A stretch of 64,000 nucleotides of DNA from Alphaproteobacteria bacterium (GTDB lineage: Bacteria; Pseudomonadota; Alphaproteobacteria; CAAHEQ01; UBA3637): NCBI GenBank assembly GCA_045611705.1, contig JAZKXR010000006.1, forward strand, positions 48,538 through 112,537, written 5' to 3'. Position numbers and translations under genes: made by a program. This document shows, in pieces, positions 1-9,572 of this stretch (its first letter is position 1; every line of letters begins with the position of its first letter). Under the pieces are notes generated by a model that was given only the letters and a program-made list of their open reading frames with translations, made no database searches and was not told the origin of the DNA.

Positions 1-17
1 TTTGGTTGTATTTTGTA

Positions 18-1385
18 ATGATTAGTAAAGAAGAAATTAAATCTCATATAACTCCTGTTATCAATTTCTCGGACGTTCCAGAGAATATGTGTTTTTATTT
101 GGATAAGGATAAAAACCTTTCCATAAGCCATAATCTAACTTCCGAAGAATTTGAAAAACTGGCGACCCCCTATACAAAAGTACCATTCAGAATAAAAGAT
201 TTTTACCCAAGATTAAAAAATATTTTACAATATGCATTACGTTTACAATCTTTGGGGCTATACTGTCGGTATCAGTTTCAACATCTAAATGATGAAGCTA
301 AAAGATTAATACAACAAGATTACCAAAATGAAATTTTTCAAGTAATCATGCCTGACGCCATGAGTTTGGACGATTTTTACAAAAGAGATTTTTTAATCAA
401 TATATGCAAAGATAAACAATCTTCTTATTTTAAAAATAACGAAGCCTTAACCTTAATAGAAAATATTCCAACCCGTGAGTTTTTAGCAACTTCTTTAAAA
501 CATCCTTATTTAATCAAAGCAAATTTTGCTGATGCACAACCAAATATGGACAGATTGAAAAAAAATCCTGATTTACTAAGGGATTTAATCGAAGTGGCAA
601 ATATGCTCCGCGATTTTTATCGTCAGGAAGCACCACCTTACACACAACAGCAATGGCAAAAATTTTGGATGAAACAAATGTATGAAAACATGGAAACGGA
701 AGCCGTTAAGGGGTGTGACGCACCGTTGATTATGTATTTGGCCGATAATACGCGTCGTTTTTTAACGGATGTTTTAATTCAAGAACATCACCAAGATATT
801 GCCCCAACAAAACAACAGGCGCAACAACGGTTAAAACAAAATAAAAATGCCATTTTTTTATTTGCTAAAAAGTTTAATTATATTTCCAATGCCTCCGGTT
901 ACATTCACTGTGAAAATCTCAGAAACGAATTGGCACACAACAGAGATACCGTTCGTTTTGGCGAAAAAGCAAATGTTTTTATCGCTGATTTATATATGGA
1001 TTTTGTTACGCATTTTATAGACAGAAAATTTTTATCCGAATATAGTAAAATTTTTCCTGATTTATTTAAACTGCAAGAAATAGCCGGATTATATAATTCT
1101 TATGAAATTATACGTAGAAGTGCCAAATTAGATGCCTCAATCAATGAATTGTTACCGAAAGATTTACAATCTAAATCAACAAAAGAAAAAATAAAATTTT
1201 TAATCCAACAAAGACTTCTTTCAAAAAAAGAAGTTGAAAATGCTGAAGAATTATTTTTAAAAAGAAATCCTATCGCCCACGGTCAATCGGATAAAATTAT
1301 ACAACAAGAACGAAAAACAATCCCATCTGTGGATAATCTTTGTCATAATTTGATTTTCAGACAGAAAAATCAACGAAACAACTAA
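18..1385 (+). CDS. Hypothetical protein with two HEPN-like RxxxxH motifs (putative RNase toxin/defence effector)
   Basis: Long AT-rich ORF. Motifs LRNELAH (RNELAH at nt 921-938) and KRNPIAHG (RNPIAH at nt 1263-1280) in helical context. ATG at 18; the frame is open to the window edge, so the start is uncertain. Confidence 0.6.
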   Translation: MISKEEIKSHITPVINFSDVPENMCFYLDKDKNLSISHNLTSEEFEKLATPYTKVPFRIKDFYPRLKNILQYALRLQSLGLYCRYQFQHLNDEAKRLIQQDYQNEIFQVIMPDAMSLDDFYKRDFLINICKDKQSSYFKNNEALTLIENIPTREFLATSLKHPYLIKANFADAQPNMDRLKKNPDLLRDLIEVANMLRDFYRQEAPPYTQQQWQKFWMKQMYENMETEAVKGCDAPLIMYLADNTRRFLTDVLIQEHHQDIAPTKQQAQQRLKQNKNAIFLFAKKFNYISNASGYIHCENLRNELAHNRDTVRFGEKANVFIADLYMDFVTHFIDRKFLSEYSKIFPDLFKLQEIAGLYNSYEIIRRSAKLDASINELLPKDLQSKSTKEKIKFLIQQRLLSKKEVENAEELFLKRNPIAHGQSDKIIQQERKTIPSVDNLCHNLIFRQKNQRNN

Positions 1386-1394
1386 AAAAATAGC

Positions 1395-1423
1395 TTGAAA
1401 TTATATATTGATTTTGTTAGACT
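1395..1423 (+). promoter_or_regulatory. Sigma70-like promoter for the ankyrin-OMP/Cys-rich protein pair
   Basis: TTGAAA-17bp-TAGACT, then RBS AAGGGG before ATG 1463. Confidence 0.5.
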
Positions 1424-1462
1424 CTTGAACAGAGCAATAAAAAAAACAAAAAGGGGAAGATT

Positions 1463-2491
1463 ATGCAAAAAATTCTTGTATTTTTAATGACTGTTTCTTT
1501 GGCACCTTTATGCTTTGCAGAAAACACCTCAACACCGCGTGAAGATCTTTACAATTTTGCCAACAAAGGCGACATTCAGGCTTTAAAAAAATTAAAGGCA
1601 GACGGTTATTCTTTTGAAATGTCTGATAAAAACGGAAACTCGGCACTGTGCGAATCCATATATAAGAACGATCATTCATCTTATGCCCTGTTAAAAAGTT
1701 TTGGGGCAAACGTTTTTCATCCATGTATGAACAAGATACCATCAAAAACCAAGAAAAAATTTGATAAAGAACACGAAAAATGGTTATTAAGTATAAATTC
1801 GGGAAAAATTGATTGGATCGGCTCAACGATACAAGATGAAATGGCAAAGGAATCTGCCAACATGATTTCGGTAAAAACAGCCCCGATTTCAAGCGTTGTT
1901 TTTAAAAATTCAAAACAGGGAATACACCCTTATATATCCGTAAAGGCTAGTTATTCTAAAACAAATATGAACTCGGAAATATCCGATACACTAGACAGTT
2001 ATGAAGGTGGCAAAACAGATTGGATATGGGGCGGTTCTGTCGCGTTGGGTATTCAAACAAAATTTTTGCGAACAGAATTAGAATATAATCAATCCGCCAA
2101 GGCAAATGATATACGCCATACAACCGATGGATTGTATGACATTGTTCAAACAAGCCAATCCCACCGTTCCTATATGTTAAACGGATATATTGACATTCCA
2201 ACCAACACAAGTCTTCGTCCATATATTGGTGCTGGTATTGGTTTGGCTCAGGTAAAAAATCAGATAGATTTTTTAAACACGAACACCTTTACAAAACGAA
2301 GTGAAAATAATTTTGCGTATCAATTAATGGCTGGCCTGGCCTGGGATTTTAATTATCATTGGGCTTTGGATATAGGTTATCGTTATGTGGACAATGGGGA
2401 TACCAGCTGGAATATTGCCGATGGAGCCGCCAAAATCAACTTTGATTCAACGGAGCATCAAATTACGGCGGGGATTAAATACACGTTCTAA
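1463..2491 (+). CDS. Outer-membrane beta-barrel protein (Opa/OmpW-like 8-stranded) with N-terminal ankyrin-like domain
   Basis: Signal peptide; ankyrin-like DKNGNSALCESI...FGAN; barrel strands RTELEY, YMLNGYIDI, PYIGAGIG, LDIGYRY; C-terminal YTF. Confidence 0.75.
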   Translation: MQKILVFLMTVSLAPLCFAENTSTPREDLYNFANKGDIQALKKLKADGYSFEMSDKNGNSALCESIYKNDHSSYALLKSFGANVFHPCMNKIPSKTKKKFDKEHEKWLLSINSGKIDWIGSTIQDEMAKESANMISVKTAPISSVVFKNSKQGIHPYISVKASYSKTNMNSEISDTLDSYEGGKTDWIWGGSVALGIQTKFLRTELEYNQSAKANDIRHTTDGLYDIVQTSQSHRSYMLNGYIDIPTNTSLRPYIGAGIGLAQVKNQIDFLNTNTFTKRSENNFAYQLMAGLAWDFNYHWALDIGYRYVDNGDTSWNIADGAAKINFDSTEHQITAGIKYTF

Positions 2492-2528
2492 CTTTTATAT
2501 TATCCTGTACAGCCAAAAGGGGTGACAA

Positions 2529-5500
2529 ATGAAAAAACAAACATTTATTTTATTGTGCGGTGTTATGGTTGCCGGTTCTGCCTTAGCAGGTGGCAGCATT
2601 TTTGGCGGTGGTAAAAAAACACGTAACGCAGATGGTGTTTCATCGGTTGGAATTCAAATTTGCGGCAGTCTAAGATGCCCTGATGTGATTATCAAAGAAG
2701 GTGATTGTGGCAATATTGAAAATGCCACGCAACAATACGGTGTTTGTGTTTGTAAGGAAGAATATCATGTTGTGGACGGCAAATGTTTGGGTCCATGTGA
2801 AGAAAATCCCATTGATCATTGTACGGCCTGTTCCCCTAAATCCGGAAACAGTATTTGCGAAAAATGTGAAGAAGGCTATTATTTACAAGAAAACGAATGC
2901 ATTCAATGCCCACCTCCTCCACCACCTTGTCTAAATGCGGGTTTGGCTTATAATATCATTTCAATTGAAGGATGTCCACTGCCTAAAATAACCTATTGTT
3001 CCGATGAAAAACCCATATGCAACGAAGTTTCGGGTCAATGTGAACCATGTCCATCGGATAAACCTGTTTGGACAGGTCTCAAATGTGAAGCATGTCCAGC
3101 GGACAACCCCGTTTGGGATTCAACACAAAAAATGTGTGTGGAATGCCTTGAAAACAGTGATTGCGAAGAAGGTTATGTTTGTTCAAACAAACAATGTTTG
3201 GCCCGTGAATGCGATCCCGAAAAATATCCCCGAACAACAAAACCCGTCAATTGCACAACTTATGAAGAATGTATTTCACCAACGGAACACCGTTATACAT
3301 TGTGTCAAAAATGCAATGAAGGGACTGTTTGGGACAGAACGAATCAATGGTGTACCACTTATGAAACAAAATGTCCACCGGGATATTATTGTTTGGAAGA
3401 CGGTTGCCCCAGTGGTTTGGGATATTGGTGCCCCGGTGGAGCGGATCCGATACCTTGTCCACCAGGAAATTATTGTGAAGAAGGTTCTTATGAACCAACG
3501 CCTTGTCCGGCCGGTTCTTATTGCACAGGCGGTTCAGGTGGTACCGGTGGCGGTTCATGGGGTGATATCGGTGGTGGTTTTGGCTTTGGTGGCGGTGGAT
3601 TTTGGGGTGTCAATCCTTGCCCAACCGGATATTATTGTAGTGGCGGAACGGCACCGGCTGAACCCTGTCCAAAAGGATATTATTGTCCGGAAGACAACCC
3701 TGTTGAACCTATTCCCTGTCCAGAAGACGCCTATTGTCCCACATATACATGTGTCCCCCTGAGATGTGGTGAGAGTACCAATTGGAAAATCGGTGATGAT
3801 GGTTTTTATTTAGAATGTGTTCATGGAAACTATATCGTCCCCGAAGGAAAAGATTGTGGTTCGTGTATTTGTTTGGAAGGTTGGACGGGTGAATTGTGTG
3901 ATATAGAAAAATGCGATACAACCGAATATCCGTTGTTGGAAAAAGATTTGGATACAGACGCCTATACCTATGAAATCTGTGAAGATACCGAAAAGCATTA
4001 CAAAAAAACAGGCTGTACAATCACGCACATGGATGAAGACGAATCGGACGCTGAATTGATTTGTATTCATAAATGTGACGCCAAAATCAACGAACATGAT
4101 GAAGTATGTGAAACATGTACGATTGATGAACAAAGCGGTGATGTGACAATTGCTTTGGCCAATACAACCTGTTCAAATCCTGATGGCATTGAAGGAAATA
4201 CAGACTTTATCTGTGCAAATAATTCCGATAACCGTGGGGAATGTCAACATCCTTGTACTTTGGGAAGTTATGCGGATTTTATGGCCACAACGTGTTTGCC
4301 TGCCCAACATGCGGAAAACGGAAAATGTGTGGCCGATTATGCCGATGCCGGAACATCATGCGAAAATCCGCTTTATCCCGGGGAAGGCTCCATCTGTGAC
4401 GGATTTGGAAATTGCGGATGCCCAGACGGCAAAATGTATTCACCGCTTTTGGCCCAATGCGTAACACCAACGGGTACAGGATGTAAATCAAATTCAGATT
4501 GTGATGTTGGCAGTTTTTGTGAAGTAACCAGTTACCGTGGTTCACAACCCGATAACACTCAATGCAAAACATTCGATTATTTCCCAAATGAAGAGTTTGA
4601 AATTCAAACGGTCAATGGCCGTAAACGTGTGATACATACAACCGATTCATCCCAGGCTACAAACTTTAAATATGATACGGGATTAAATTGGTGTATGGCA
4701 CAAGGTGGCCGTTTGGCATCTTTAACCGATTTTGGTATTACACATTGTACATCATCGGGCGGTTCTTTAAATAAATGCGGACGAACCGATTTGTATGTTC
4801 AAAAATCCGATGGAACATATACACCGTGGACCACTTATTATAAAACCTTGACAGCGGATGATAAATATAATTGGGATAAATTGACAACATACAATTGGAT
4901 GAGTGAGCCATTTGATAGCAGTCGTATATATGAATTTAATCCATCAAATGGTGCTATTTCTGCCCATACATATGATCACAGTTGTGGCACGTTGTATCAT
5001 ATTTTGTGTATTTTGGACGATGGCATTTCCTGTCCAACGAATAGTTCATACAGAACCAAGGCACCATCATCCACATCAAAATCACAAGAAACATCCACAC
5101 GCAATTGTTATTGTAATGCCGACACACCCTATTGGGATGGTTCAAAGTGTGTGGCCTGTCCAACAGGAACCAGTCCCAGTGGTCAAGGTGGTTCAGTGGC
5201 ACCAACACAATGTAAGTGCGATATAGCCAACACCGTATGGAATTCAAGCACTAATCAATGTGAATGTATTGACTCTTTTAGTTGGAATTCTGATCAAACC
5301 GCATGTATCAATAAATGCGAAAATTATATTCCAACCGCTTGTATGCCAACTTGCAACCCTTCAACAGGAAAAGGCATTCCTTTGGCATCAGGAACAAAAT
5401 GTATTGGGGATTTAGGGACATGTAATACTGCGGGATTATGTGAATCAGATGAAGCGATAATTTATCAGTTCCAAGACAATATCTTTTTTAGAAGTAAATA

Positions 5501-5822
5501 CAAGATGTGCGGGGGAAGCACGGCCGAATCATGGTGTACAAATCACGGTGGAACCATTGTTTCTTTGGCAGATACAGGAATAACCGGCGGATATGACGGA
5601 TGCCAGTGTATTAATGATTCTTGTATCGGTGCGGATTGGCCGAAATTACAAGGGGCATTCCCAGATCTTGTAGATTCAAAGCTTTCTTCCGCTGAACGTT
5701 GGTGGACTTCTGATCAATGTGCTGTGGGACAATCTCTTTATATTATATTAGAGGATCATAGTGTTCATTATCACAATCATAATGTATGCGATTATTACAG
5801 TATGTGCAAACTTGTAAATTGA
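2529..5822 (+). CDS. Secreted cysteine-rich repeat protein (EGF-, furin- and CPxGxYC-type repeats, two C-type-lectin-like modules)
   Basis: Signal peptide ending ALA; about 105 Cys in 1097 aa by manual count; CPPGYYC/CPAGSYC/CPKGYYC repeats; EGF-like CICLEGWTGELC; WCMAQGGRLASL and WCTNHGGTIVSL. Confidence 0.75.
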   Translation: MKKQTFILLCGVMVAGSALAGGSIFGGGKKTRNADGVSSVGIQICGSLRCPDVIIKEGDCGNIENATQQYGVCVCKEEYHVVDGKCLGPCEENPIDHCTACSPKSGNSICEKCEEGYYLQENECIQCPPPPPPCLNAGLAYNIISIEGCPLPKITYCSDEKPICNEVSGQCEPCPSDKPVWTGLKCEACPADNPVWDSTQKMCVECLENSDCEEGYVCSNKQCLARECDPEKYPRTTKPVNCTTYEECISPTEHRYTLCQKCNEGTVWDRTNQWCTTYETKCPPGYYCLEDGCPSGLGYWCPGGADPIPCPPGNYCEEGSYEPTPCPAGSYCTGGSGGTGGGSWGDIGGGFGFGGGGFWGVNPCPTGYYCSGGTAPAEPCPKGYYCPEDNPVEPIPCPEDAYCPTYTCVPLRCGESTNWKIGDDGFYLECVHGNYIVPEGKDCGSCICLEGWTGELCDIEKCDTTEYPLLEKDLDTDAYTYEICEDTEKHYKKTGCTITHMDEDESDAELICIHKCDAKINEHDEVCETCTIDEQSGDVTIALANTTCSNPDGIEGNTDFICANNSDNRGECQHPCTLGSYADFMATTCLPAQHAENGKCVADYADAGTSCENPLYPGEGSICDGFGNCGCPDGKMYSPLLAQCVTPTGTGCKSNSDCDVGSFCEVTSYRGSQPDNTQCKTFDYFPNEEFEIQTVNGRKRVIHTTDSSQATNFKYDTGLNWCMAQGGRLASLTDFGITHCTSSGGSLNKCGRTDLYVQKSDGTYTPWTTYYKTLTADDKYNWDKLTTYNWMSEPFDSSRIYEFNPSNGAISAHTYDHSCGTLYHILCILDDGISCPTNSSYRTKAPSSTSKSQETSTRNCYCNADTPYWDGSKCVACPTGTSPSGQGGSVAPTQCKCDIANTVWNSSTNQCECIDSFSWNSDQTACINKCENYIPTACMPTCNPSTGKGIPLASGTKCIGDLGTCNTAGLCESDEAIIYQFQDNIFFRSKYKMCGGSTAESWCTNHGGTIVSLADTGITGGYDGCQCINDSCIGADWPKLQGAFPDLVDSKLSSAERWWTSDQCAVGQSLYIILEDHSVHYHNHNVCDYYSMCKLVN

Positions 5823-5911
5823 CATTGGGCTGGTTCAAATATTGAGAAAAATATTATATTGATGACAAACGAAATCAATACAAATATTAAATAAAAAATA
5901 GGGTTAAAAAA

Positions 5912-7036
5912 ATGCAGATAGACAACCTTTTAAAACAAACTTTCTTGAAAATTATTTTAAGCAATAAAAAGGATAAATCTTTTGCCTATAACAAGGCTGT
6001 CATTATGCCTGTTTTGATTAAAAACAAATCCATGTGGCAAATGACCCTTTATACGGACAAACAAGCCTTTCAGGAAAACATCAAAACAATGCTTGATTTA
6101 AACAATCGCATCCGCGAATTATTCAATGTCAAATATAAGCAATTAAATTTTTTTGCCCCCCTTGAAGACGTTGAAATTAAAGTCAGCAAAAAAGGAAAAA
6201 TGATTGTTTCAACACATCATCATAACCAAAGAAAAGAAAAAATTCAAACGCATAACCGAATTAAAAATTATCTGTTACCCGAAAATGAAAAAATTCCGCC
6301 TTTAATTGATATCGGGGTCATGACAAAAGACGGTAAAATTATTGCCTCACAAATGGATAAATTCCGCCAAATAAACAAGTTTTTGGAAATGGTGGATGAC
6401 ACTTTAAAAAAATGGTCAAAAAGCGACATCACGGTTATTGATTTTGGTTGCGGAAAATCATATTTGACTTTTGTTTTATACTATTATTTAACCGAAATAA
6501 AAAAATTAAATGCCACGGTTATCGGACTGGATTTAAAATCAGAAGTTATTGAAAAGTGTAATATTGTGGCCGAAAAATACGGCTATCAAAATTTATCGTT
6601 TAAAATTGGCGATATCAACGGTTTTAAACCGACAAAACAAATAGACATGGTCGTATCTTTGCATGCCTGTGATACGGCAACGGATTACGCCTTGTTTAAC
6701 GCTGTTTGTTGGAATGTGCCGATTATTTTATCGGTACCATGTTGCCAACATGAAATCAATTCTCAAATCAAAAACGCATGGCCTGTCATGACAAAATATG
6801 GCCTGATTAAAGAACGATTTTCGGCCCTTTTAACTGATGCCATTCGGGCGAATTTGTTGGAATCACAAGGATACAATGTTCAGGTCATGGAATTCATTCC
6901 CATGGAGCATACAGCCAAAAATGTTTTGATTCGTGCCGTAAAAAAAGGGCAAAAAAAATCATCCGAAACCGTTCAGGATTTATGCAAACAATTTAACATA
7001 AAACCCACACTTTTAAAATTATTGGAAAAAATTTAA
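5912..7036 (+). CDS. Class I SAM-dependent methyltransferase (Methyltransf_32-like)
   Basis: VIDFGCGKSYLTF, SLHACDTATD and SVPCCQHE motifs. Confidence 0.85.
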   Translation: MQIDNLLKQTFLKIILSNKKDKSFAYNKAVIMPVLIKNKSMWQMTLYTDKQAFQENIKTMLDLNNRIRELFNVKYKQLNFFAPLEDVEIKVSKKGKMIVSTHHHNQRKEKIQTHNRIKNYLLPENEKIPPLIDIGVMTKDGKIIASQMDKFRQINKFLEMVDDTLKKWSKSDITVIDFGCGKSYLTFVLYYYLTEIKKLNATVIGLDLKSEVIEKCNIVAEKYGYQNLSFKIGDINGFKPTKQIDMVVSLHACDTATDYALFNAVCWNVPIILSVPCCQHEINSQIKNAWPVMTKYGLIKERFSALLTDAIRANLLESQGYNVQVMEFIPMEHTAKNVLIRAVKKGQKKSSETVQDLCKQFNIKPTLLKLLEKI

Positions 7037-7074
7037 AATTGACTTTTGGCGGGTTTCAGGCTATTCTATAAAGT

Positions 7075-8883
7075 ATGACGAAACAGGGCCATGAAATCAT
7101 CAAAGAAAAAATTAAAACTTTTTCACACAAAGCCGGTGTTTATCGGATGCTGGATGAAGATGGTAAAGTTTTATATGTCGGAAAAGCAAAAGATTTGATA
7201 CATCGTTTAACCAACTACACACGCCCTGAAAAATTGTCTTTTCGTATTCGGGAAATGGTGGCACATGTCAAAGATGTGGTGGTCATTGAAACAGCCGGCG
7301 AAACCGAGGCTTTTTTGTTGGAAAATGAACTTATTAAACAATATCATCCCTATTATAATATCCTGTTAAAAGATGATAAAAGTTATCCGTATATTGCTTT
7401 ATCAAAAGATGAATTTCCGCGTTTGTTTAAATATCGGGGAAAACGTCAAAAGGGTGTGGATTATTTTGGGCCGTTTGATTCGGGTGAAAGCGTGAATCAC
7501 ACCTTGGTAGAATTACAAAAACTGTTTGGTTTGCGTTCGTGCAAAGACAGTTATTTCAACAATCGCACACGCCCCTGTTTAATGTATCAAATTAAAAGAT
7601 GTTCGGCACCTTGTTGCCAAAAAATCACGCCTCAGGATTATCAAAAATCGGTGGAACAAACACGGGCTTTTTTAACACAAAAATCTTATACTATTCAGGA
7701 AAATTTACAGGCACAAATGATGCAACTGTCCGCCAATCAGGAATATGAAAAAGCAGCCGTTTTACGTGATAAAATTGCCGCCTTAAACAAAATTCAAGGC
7801 ACCAGTCAGGCTTTGCCCAATCACGATACAGACACAATTGCTTATGCTTTTTCAAACGGCACTTTGTCTTTACAGGTCTTTTTTCACCGCACCGATCGTT
7901 TAACAGGACATCAGGAATACCTGTTGCATCAAGTGGATGAAAATGATTTAAACGAAACTTTATCCAGCTTGATTTTACAACTTTATACTCAGGTCCCACC
8001 ACCGGATGTGGTTTGTCTTTCGTGGTCTGCAGATGATGTTTTGGAAAATGCTTTATCCGAAATGGCGCAACATCGCATTAAAATATCCGTTCCGCCTTTC
8101 CGCCAAATACGAAAAGATTGGATGGTTCAGGCTAAACAATCGGCAGAACGTGCCCTAAATACCCAAGAAAATAAACAAAAAACATGGCTGGCTTTTGCCG
8201 ATTTATTGGGGGTGAGTGATTTAAAAATTGTGGACATTTTTGATAACAGTCATTTGCAAGGATCCAATGCTGTGGGGGCCATTGTATCAGCCGGACCAAA
8301 CGGCTTTTTAAAAAACAGATATCGCCGTTATAATGTTCCCCAAGAATTGGCCGGTGATGATTTTGGCATGATGCGTTATGTTTTAAAAAGACGTTTACAA
8401 CGATTGCAAAATGACGGATGCCTGCCGGATGCATTATTATTGGATGGCGGTAAAGGGCAATTGTCCTCGGTGATGCAGGTGTTGGATGAATTGAACATTC
8501 AAATGAAGGTTTTGGCGATGGCCAAAGGGGCGGGACAACATGATAAAGGTTTGGAAATTTTTTATTTGAATTCCGATCCAAATACCCCGATACATTTGGA
8601 TTTGAAGGGTGATTTAATACATTTGTTGCAACGATTGCGTGACGAAGCCCACCGTTTTGTAATCGGATCACACAGGGCTAAACGTGAAAAAGGAATGTTC
8701 CATGAACGATTGGAAGACATTGAAGATATCGGTCCCAAAAGGCGTAAAATGTTAATGTTGCATTTTGGATCTGTGCGGGCCATCTCAGGAGCATCCATAG
8801 AACAAATTAAAAATATTCCCGGTTTTAATGAAAAAATTGCAAAAAAAGTCTATACTTTTTTCCATAATAGTGCTATAACATAG
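7075..8883 (+). CDS. uvrC: Excinuclease ABC subunit C
   Basis: GVYRM...LYVGKAK GIY-YIG domain, LKDDKSYPY, FDNSH, DGGKGQL, RDEAHRF, HhH IGPKRR. Confidence 0.97.
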   Translation: MTKQGHEIIKEKIKTFSHKAGVYRMLDEDGKVLYVGKAKDLIHRLTNYTRPEKLSFRIREMVAHVKDVVVIETAGETEAFLLENELIKQYHPYYNILLKDDKSYPYIALSKDEFPRLFKYRGKRQKGVDYFGPFDSGESVNHTLVELQKLFGLRSCKDSYFNNRTRPCLMYQIKRCSAPCCQKITPQDYQKSVEQTRAFLTQKSYTIQENLQAQMMQLSANQEYEKAAVLRDKIAALNKIQGTSQALPNHDTDTIAYAFSNGTLSLQVFFHRTDRLTGHQEYLLHQVDENDLNETLSSLILQLYTQVPPPDVVCLSWSADDVLENALSEMAQHRIKISVPPFRQIRKDWMVQAKQSAERALNTQENKQKTWLAFADLLGVSDLKIVDIFDNSHLQGSNAVGAIVSAGPNGFLKNRYRRYNVPQELAGDDFGMMRYVLKRRLQRLQNDGCLPDALLLDGGKGQLSSVMQVLDELNIQMKVLAMAKGAGQHDKGLEIFYLNSDPNTPIHLDLKGDLIHLLQRLRDEAHRFVIGSHRAKREKGMFHERLEDIEDIGPKRRKMLMLHFGSVRAISGASIEQIKNIPGFNEKIAKKVYTFFHNSAIT

Positions 8884-8903
8884 AAAAACGAAAGGGGTTT
8901 TTT

Positions 8904-9569
8904 ATGAAAAAAACAAAATCAAAAAAAAGCTTAAAAGCAAAAGTGGCACCTGTAATTCAAAATAAAGTGGCACCCGTTTTGAAAAAAGCCGAAAAGAAAA
9001 TCAATATCCCGAATTTATTGACGATGGTTCGTATGTGGGCTATTCCTTTAATCGTTTTAACATTCTTCTTTAAGAAAATGTCACCTGAAAGTTCTGTTAT
9101 GTGGGCTTGGGTTGGTGTCGTATTATTTATGATTGCCGGTATTACCGATTATTTGGATGGCTATTTGGCCCGCCATTGGAACCAGCTCAGCCGTTTCGGT
9201 CGTGTGCTGGATCCGATTGCCGATAAATTATTGGTGGGTTCCATTTTGGTGATGTTGGCATGGGAAGGTCGCCTGAAGGATATTATGGTGATTCCTGCTG
9301 TTATTATTTTAAGCCGTGAAATTTTGGTTTCGGGCTTGCGTGAATTTTTGGCCGAAATCAAAGTCGGTTGTCCTGTTACCCGTTTGGCAAAATGGAAAAC
9401 AGCCTGTCAAATGATGGCTTTACCAATGTTAATGATTTGTGATGAAGCAGGCGTAGCCAATGGCTTTTTCACATTCTTGGGAATCATATTCTTTTGGGGA
9501 GCGGCCATTTTAACCATTATGACAGGATACGATTATTGGAAATCCGGTCGCAAATATATGAACGATTAA
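8904..9569 (+). CDS. pgsA: CDP-diacylglycerol--glycerol-3-phosphate 3-phosphatidyltransferase
   Basis: NIPNLLT, DYLDGYLAR...LDPIADK, REILVSGLRE; follows uvrC. Confidence 0.95.
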   Translation: MKKTKSKKSLKAKVAPVIQNKVAPVLKKAEKKINIPNLLTMVRMWAIPLIVLTFFFKKMSPESSVMWAWVGVVLFMIAGITDYLDGYLARHWNQLSRFGRVLDPIADKLLVGSILVMLAWEGRLKDIMVIPAVIILSREILVSGLREFLAEIKVGCPVTRLAKWKTACQMMALPMLMICDEAGVANGFFTFLGIIFFWGAAILTIMTGYDYWKSGRKYMND

Positions 9570-9572
9570 ATC

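Noticed and set aside
2701-5247. Alternative-frame ORFs within the Cys-rich gene (e.g. 3004-3762) and other antisense ORFs in the track
   Set aside because: These are shadows of biased codon usage inside well-supported genes, with no RBS or recognisable motifs.
4600-5822. Diversity-generating retroelement targeting the C-terminal lectin-like module
   Set aside because: No reverse transcriptase and no near-identical template/variable repeat pair differing at adenines were seen in the window.
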